Assembly: GCA_963726255.1 (NCBI GenBank)
Contig: CAVSBL010000002.1
Coordinates: 2,016,001-2,080,000 of the forward strand
DNA length: 64,000 nucleotides
From: Candidatus Bathyarchaeota archaeon
GTDB taxonomy: Archaea; Thermoproteota; Bathyarchaeia; 40CM-2-53-6
Reading direction: 5' to 3'
In this document: in pieces, positions 59,125-64,000 of the stretch
Layout of the letters: every line of letters starts with the position of its first letter
Numbering within the stretch: position 1 is the stretch's first letter
Notes under the pieces: generated by a model
Told to the model about the DNA's origin: nothing
What the model saw: only the letters and a program-made list of their open reading frames with translations
Databases searched by the model: none
Program-made: the position numbers and the translations under genes

Positions 59125-59907
59125 ATGGAAAAAGTTCAGGACTCCAGCAAACTAGATTCAATGATGAAAGAGGAAGGCCCGCGACTCGTTAGGGAAGGAA
59201 GCAGGCGAGGCCTGCACATCAGGCTATTGGGCGCAATCGCCTTCCAACACCATTGCCCAAAATACAATTACCTAACTGCAAAACTGCACCGACAACTCTC
59301 CGACGTTGACTTTGCAGGTTACAATTCTGAGAGGAAAGCCATCGATAAGATGATGCGCGAGTTCGGCTACGCGGACCAGCCCATGGTTTCGGCGCTGTTC
59401 GGGCACCAGCGAATGATTTGGGATAATAAATCGAATGGACTTCACGTCGACATCTTCTTTGACAAACTGGAAATGAACCATGACATCCCATTCACGGGCC
59501 GCCTAGAACTTGAAGAGACGACCATCCCGCTCGCTGATATGCTTCTTGAGAAAATGCAGATCGTTCGCATAAATGAGAAGGACATCGTAGACACCATAAT
59601 GCTCCTCCGAGAGCATACGATTGGCAATTCCGCGGCGCCCGAAACCATCGACGCAGGTTACATAGCTGAACTCCTATCAAACGATTGGGGCTTCTATCAC
59701 ACATTCACTACCAACCTCAAGAACGTTGAAGACCGACTAAACCTCTACCCGGAACTGACGGGGGAAGACAGAGCGGACGTTTCAAAGAAAATCCACGAAC
59801 TGCTCTCAATCTTGGACAAGAAACCAAAAGCACTCGCCTGGAAACTCCGAGCCCGAGTAGGGCCGAAGACCAAGTGGTACAAGGACGTAGAAGACGTAAG
59901 ACGCTAA
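59125..59907 (+). CDS. Uncharacterised nucleotidyltransferase-fold protein
   Basis: LLGAIAF (GxxA), SDVDF (DxD), VDIF, LLEKMQI...NEKDIVD. Confidence 0.7.
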   Translation: MEKVQDSSKLDSMMKEEGPRLVREGSRRGLHIRLLGAIAFQHHCPKYNYLTAKLHRQLSDVDFAGYNSERKAIDKMMREFGYADQPMVSALFGHQRMIWDNKSNGLHVDIFFDKLEMNHDIPFTGRLELEETTIPLADMLLEKMQIVRINEKDIVDTIMLLREHTIGNSAAPETIDAGYIAELLSNDWGFYHTFTTNLKNVEDRLNLYPELTGEDRADVSKKIHELLSILDKKPKALAWKLRARVGPKTKWYKDVEDVRR

Positions 59908-59928
59908 GATCGCAACCACCGTCTTCAG

Positions 59929-60473
59929 ATGGGCACTGCCACAGCGGGTTGCATTAGAGTGAAGGGAAAGAAGGTTCGAGGTTCCGTTCGCGCGCGCAGG
60001 TTGCATTTGCTACTGACCGTTGGGTTAGTGTGCGTTGTAATAGGGACGGCTTTGATTCTGTTCGCAGCCCTCTGGAACCCGGGCGCTCCGCCGGTTGAGG
60101 TTGTGCTGAGCCAGAGTGGAGCCCAGGTGTTCAAAGGCGCCTACTATGACGCGATCACGATTCAAAACCATTCAAGCCAAAATGTAACGGTAGTTGTACT
60201 GGTAAAGACGGTGCTAGACGGCTTCCCGCAGAATCCGCGCCTGTCACAATCTGTGGGCAGTGCCGGACTATAGTGAGAATTGAGGAGATTCAGCCGACCC
60301 CCGACATGAACTTGGACTACTACCAGGGCGCGATTGGCTCGCCGGAATACATTCACGTAAGATACGGGCCCACCTTACTCAGCAATATTGCAGGCTCAGC
60401 TTTGCCATCGGGTTTGAGCGTTGCGGCCGTTGGCTTCGCACTTCTAATTTACGGGCGCACGGGCAAACGATAG
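59929..60473 (+). pseudogene. Hypothetical membrane protein split by a frameshift near 60225
   Basis: One extra C in CCC 60225-60227 joins the ORFs as DGFPAESAPVTICGQCRTIVRIEEIQ; TM at both ends. Confidence 0.5.
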
Positions 60474-60566
60474 GGATCGCGGGATCAAATCTGTAGAGAA
60501 CCTGCGCGGAAACCCTGTAATGCGTTTGCGATGCACCCGCCCCCTAGGGGTTGAAATGTAGCCTAT

Positions 60567-60666
60567 TCGCGGGCGAGATGATGTGGTTTCGGCCTGCATA
60601 ATGGCTCCATTCCAATCTTGGCTGGGTCAATTTCAATGCTCAATGGCATACTGACTACGCCCGCGA
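60567..60666 (+). ncRNA. Candidate box C/D-like small RNA
   Basis: Terminal stem TCGCGGGCG/CGCCCGCGA enclosing C-like ATGATGT (60578-60584) and D box CTGA (60651-60654). Confidence 0.45.
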
Positions 60667-60762
60667 CTCTGAGGCCGTAACAGTTCAGAACACTGAAGCG
60701 GGCGTTTGCAGCTGCAGCAGATTCGACACTCTAACCAGGATTAGGCCAGCCGCAGTCGAAGG

Positions 60763-61254
60763 CTATTCGACGGTGAAGTAGCAGTATCCTCTGAGTGTGC
60801 GCGGTGCGCCCGGGTAGATGACTCGGCCCCATAGTTCTACGCGGTATAATCCGGTGGGGTCGGTTGTTTTGATTTGGTATGTGGCGCTCTCAGCTATGTC
60901 CCGGTTTAGATGTAGGCTTACGTTTGCCCCGTCCGGTTTGATTATGAACAGCCCATACGCAACGCCTACGCCTCCGACGGCTGGGTAAATGTGGATAGTT
61001 ACATTTTGCCCAACATTATACACGGTCTTGTCGGGCCAAATTCGGTATGAACACGTTGAGCATGCTAGTGAAGCTATTGACGTCGCAGTTACTGAACTAG
61101 GTACGGTAGGTGGCAACATGGTTGACTGGAAAGTAGCGGCGACAAATAGGACTAGACACGTCGCAGCAACTCCAACCAATACTGGAATCTGCTTCCGATT
61201 GATCGACAAAAGAGGTGCCCCACACTCTACAGGAATGGGTTTCTCTATGAACAT
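60763..61254 (-). CDS. Hypothetical membrane-anchored Ig-like protein
   Basis: TM, Ser/Thr linker, PDKTVYNVGQNVTI...KPDG...GLYRV pattern. Confidence 0.65.
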   Translation of the reverse strand: MFIEKPIPVECGAPLLSINRKQIPVLVGVAATCLVLFVAATFQSTMLPPTVPSSVTATSIASLACSTCSYRIWPDKTVYNVGQNVTIHIYPAVGGVGVAYGLFIIKPDGANVSLHLNRDIAESATYQIKTTDPTGLYRVELWGRVIYPGAPRTLRGYCYFTVE

Positions 61255-61369
61255 TAAGGCGCCAAAGAAAACCTATAGATAGTCCCCGGCTCGTTCGCGC
61301 TTGTAACTACATTAGGTATTGTTCTTACAAAGAAAGTAAGTGTATCCGCTGCCGATTACGCCCTGATGG

Positions 61370-64000
61370 TTGTTGAGTAGCGTAGCTTCTCGAGGAAAAC
61401 GCCCCGACATTTTCCCCATTCCTCACACCACAATCGTCGCCCTCCTCGTTGTCTATCTTTGCCTAACGTTGGTCCTAAGCAGCGCTGTCATCCCCGCATA
61501 TTCTCAAGTCAAGAAACACGGAATCATGACGCCCAGCGAGGAAATGCTTCACCAGTGGATTACGGATTACAATACTGGCGCGAGAGTTCCTAACGCGACC
61601 TCACTCCAAATGGCAACAGTTGCACCCCCGCACTTTGACCTACTCAGCCACCTCCAGTACACGCCGGCCCAACGTGACCAGGGATGGTGCGGCAACTGTT
61701 GGAACTGGGCCAGCACCGGAGTGCTTGAAGTTGCACTTGACGTTCAAGGCATTAGGAAGGATCGCCTATCAATCCAATATCTGAACTCGTACTACGATGT
61801 GGGAAGCGGACCGGGCTCGAGCGCCACTTGGGCTTGCTGCGGCGGAAACCTGAACAAGTACGCGAACTTCTACTCGGGTAGAGCACTTACGATCCCTTGG
61901 TCCAACACGAACGCAGGTTGGCCTATTGGCTCAGGCGACTACAACAATGATAACTGCCCTGGCCATTCGAATGTGGCGGCGTCAAGCATCGGGCTCATGC
62001 CAAGGATTGGCATCAAACAGATTCAGGCTCAATGGATTAACACGCAGGGAGTTGGGCAGTCAGCCGCAATCGCCAACATCAAAAATGTTCTGCTTCAAAA
62101 CAAGGCCATTTATTATGCGTTCGACTTGGCGAACGACGCGGACTGGACCGATTTCTACAGCTTCTGGAGTTCCCAGCCGGAGAGCGCCCTGTGGAACCCC
62201 AACTCATATTCTGGACATACGTGGGTCAACGGGCAAGGAGGCGGACATGCGGTTCTGTTGCTCGGCTACGATACTAGTGATGCCAACCCTGCTAATTGGT
62301 ATTGGATTGTATTGAACAGTTGGGGAACAACATCGCCCGGGCGTCCGAACGGCTTTTTCCATCTAAAAATGAACATTGACTACGACAACTACATCTACGA
62401 GATTGGATACGGCAACTGGTATTCCCTTGAATTCGGAACATTGGCCCTAAGCTTCAGCCCGTTAGTTGTTCCGCTTACGGTTTCAGTTAGTCCTCCGACC
62501 TCAGGTTCAGTCTCCCTAACCCCTGCTGCATCTTCATACACTTTCGGAGCAACTGTTAAGGCGACTGCGAAACCGTCAGCTGGGTACTATTTCGCCGCAT
62601 GGGGACTCGACGACAAGTACGCAGGTAACAGCAACCCAATTCCATTTGTGATGAACGACACTCACAGCCTGACCGCGTACTTCGAACCCCAGAACCAATG
62701 GGTTAGAGCGAACAACAATCCAATTCTAACGCCAGCCCTAATCTCATGGGACAACTGGTTAGTTTGGAACCCCCGACTATTCACATATCCCAATGGGACT
62801 TTCGGCATGGTGTACTTAGGAACAAATGTGAATGGGACGAATGGAATCGGACTGGCAACGAGTCCAGACGGGCTTCAATGGATCAAATACCCCAAGCCAA
62901 TACTCACTAGGTCTCCTGTAGTGGGACAATGGGACAACGGCTCAGTCATTCCTGGGAATATTTTCTGGGATGGATCAGAATACGTCCTCTACTATGAAGG
63001 AAGTAATCCGGGCTCAGGCCGGGCTTTCGGATATGCCACATCGCCTGATACAATTCATTGGACCAAGTACCCCGCGAACCCTGTCATGACTCGCTCAACC
63101 TCCGCCGATACTCAGTACTTCAATTACCCGTTCACGTTGAAGGTTGGGGGAACTTACAAGATGTGGTACACGTCCGGCAACAAGATCTCTTTGGCAACAT
63201 CACCGGACGGGATAAGTTGGACTAGAGTTAATGGTGGTTCCGCTGTACTGTCGCCTTCAGGTTCCTCCACATGGGATGGCGGATATGTGTACAGCGCTGC
63301 GGTCGTCTATGATTCGGAGGCTGGCACTTACCTGATGTCCTACTCCGGCATAGACCCGGATGGCGTAACCGCCAACACAGGATTGGCAACTTCAACCGAC
63401 GGGGTATTGTGGACCAAGTATTCAGGCAACCCAATCGTAGCACTCAGCCCAGCGGGCAGTTGGGATAGTGGAGATTCCGTTGACAACCAGGGCATGTTGC
63501 TGTGGAATGGGCAATTGACCGTGTATTATTCAGGTGACGCTGCATTTCCAGTCTATCACAATGCGGCTGACTTACGCAGTTACAGCATCGGTGCCGCCTC
63601 TGTTTCCAGAATCGCTCTACGCGCCGGGTGGAACCTGATCTCCATGCCCGTCGTTCCAAGGAATAGTGCTGTGGCATCGATATTGGCGCAGTTAATTGCA
63701 GCGAAGGAAGTTTCTATCGTTTGGAGTTACACTGGCACACCGAGGACATGGAAATTCTACAAACCCGGCGTTGCAAGCTCATTGACGATGATGAAAGACG
63801 GTGAAGGTTACTGGGTCATGATGACTCAGCCCGACACGCTCTACGTTGGAGGCGACGTGATTCCGGCAGCCACCACACCACCCACCTACCCGCTTCAGCT
63901 CGGCTGGAACCTCGTGGGCTTCAAGCCTCAACCAGCAATTCAAGACGCGACCGTTCACGACTACCTCCAAAGCATCATCGGCAGCTATGATTTCAACAAT
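61370..64000 (+). CDS. Large secreted papain-family (C1A) cysteine protease fused to InlB-like repeat, Asp-box beta-propeller and GWNL repeats; runs off window (not in ORF track)
   Basis: Open frame from TTG 61370/61373 to 64000; signal-like TIVALLVVYLCLTLVLSSAV; RDQGWCGNCW (Cys 61697), GGHAVLLLGYD (His 62246), WIVLNSWG (Asn 62315); repeated ATSxDGxxW. Confidence 0.9.
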   Translation, partial: MLSSVASRGKRPDIFPIPHTTIVALLVVYLCLTLVLSSAVIPAYSQVKKHGIMTPSEEMLHQWITDYNTGARVPNATSLQMATVAPPHFDLLSHLQYTPAQRDQGWCGNCWNWASTGVLEVALDVQGIRKDRLSIQYLNSYYDVGSGPGSSATWACCGGNLNKYANFYSGRALTIPWSNTNAGWPIGSGDYNNDNCPGHSNVAASSIGLMPRIGIKQIQAQWINTQGVGQSAAIANIKNVLLQNKAIYYAFDLANDADWTDFYSFWSSQPESALWNPNSYSGHTWVNGQGGGHAVLLLGYDTSDANPANWYWIVLNSWGTTSPGRPNGFFHLKMNIDYDNYIYEIGYGNWYSLEFGTLALSFSPLVVPLTVSVSPPTSGSVSLTPAASSYTFGATVKATAKPSAGYYFAAWGLDDKYAGNSNPIPFVMNDTHSLTAYFEPQNQWVRANNNPILTPALISWDNWLVWNPRLFTYPNGTFGMVYLGTNVNGTNGIGLATSPDGLQWIKYPKPILTRSPVVGQWDNGSVIPGNIFWDGSEYVLYYEGSNPGSGRAFGYATSPDTIHWTKYPANPVMTRSTSADTQYFNYPFTLKVGGTYKMWYTSGNKISLATSPDGISWTRVNGGSAVLSPSGSSTWDGGYVYSAAVVYDSEAGTYLMSYSGIDPDGVTANTGLATSTDGVLWTKYSGNPIVALSPAGSWDSGDSVDNQGMLLWNGQLTVYYSGDAAFPVYHNAADLRSYSIGAASVSRIALRAGWNLISMPVVPRNSAVASILAQLIAAKEVSIVWSYTGTPRTWKFYKPGVASSLTMMKDGEGYWVMMTQPDTLYVGGDVIPAATTPPTYPLQLGWNLVGFKPQPAIQDATVHDYLQSIIGSYDFNN

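Noticed and set aside
61926-63970. Short ORF-track entries at the right end
   Set aside because: All lie inside the long plus-strand protease ORF and are alternative-frame artefacts.
1-64000. CRISPR arrays, IS elements, integrases, rRNA/tRNA genes
   Set aside because: No regularly spaced repeats, transposase/integrase motifs or canonical RNA gene signatures were seen by eye.

Overview
Gene-dense archaeal chromosome segment, most consistent with a TACK-group archaeon such as Bathyarchaeia. The basis is inference from rpl37e, Sm, aCPSF1/FttA, proteasome beta, multi-OB RPA, single-chain topoisomerase IB, SepF, an arcadin-1-like gene and frequent TTG/GTG starts. I found no rRNA, tRNA, CRISPR array or mobile element. 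From left to right the window holds a nucleoside/purine ABC uptake + molybdoenzyme + deaminase operon, a metal-homeostasis block (broken NiCoT gene joined to a ZIP-transporter remnant; Zn/Mn ABC transporter + DtxR/MntR regulator with a tandem operator), serA, topo IB, a LutC/LutB-type lactate oxidation pair, several proteases, an informational core cluster, GT4 + HAD phosphatase, RPA, TrpB2, class I fumarase and an aldehyde dehydrogenase. A large secreted papain-family protease fused to a glycosidase-like propeller runs off the right end and is missing from the ORF track. The most interesting signals are (1) a shared 15-bp palindrome TTCTAC-N3-GTAGAA upstream of three dispersed small membrane-protein genes, two of them paralogs with a conserved C-x5-H-C motif, which suggests an undescribed regulon; (2) a tandem pair of membrane-anchored ClpP-class (SDH_sah) proteins, one with an intact and one with a degenerate triad; (3) the protease-propeller fusion; and (4) candidate ncRNAs, including a box C/D-like RNA. 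Four frameshifts sit in short repeats and look like sequencing indels. All assignments come from motif recognition by eye; no searches were run.
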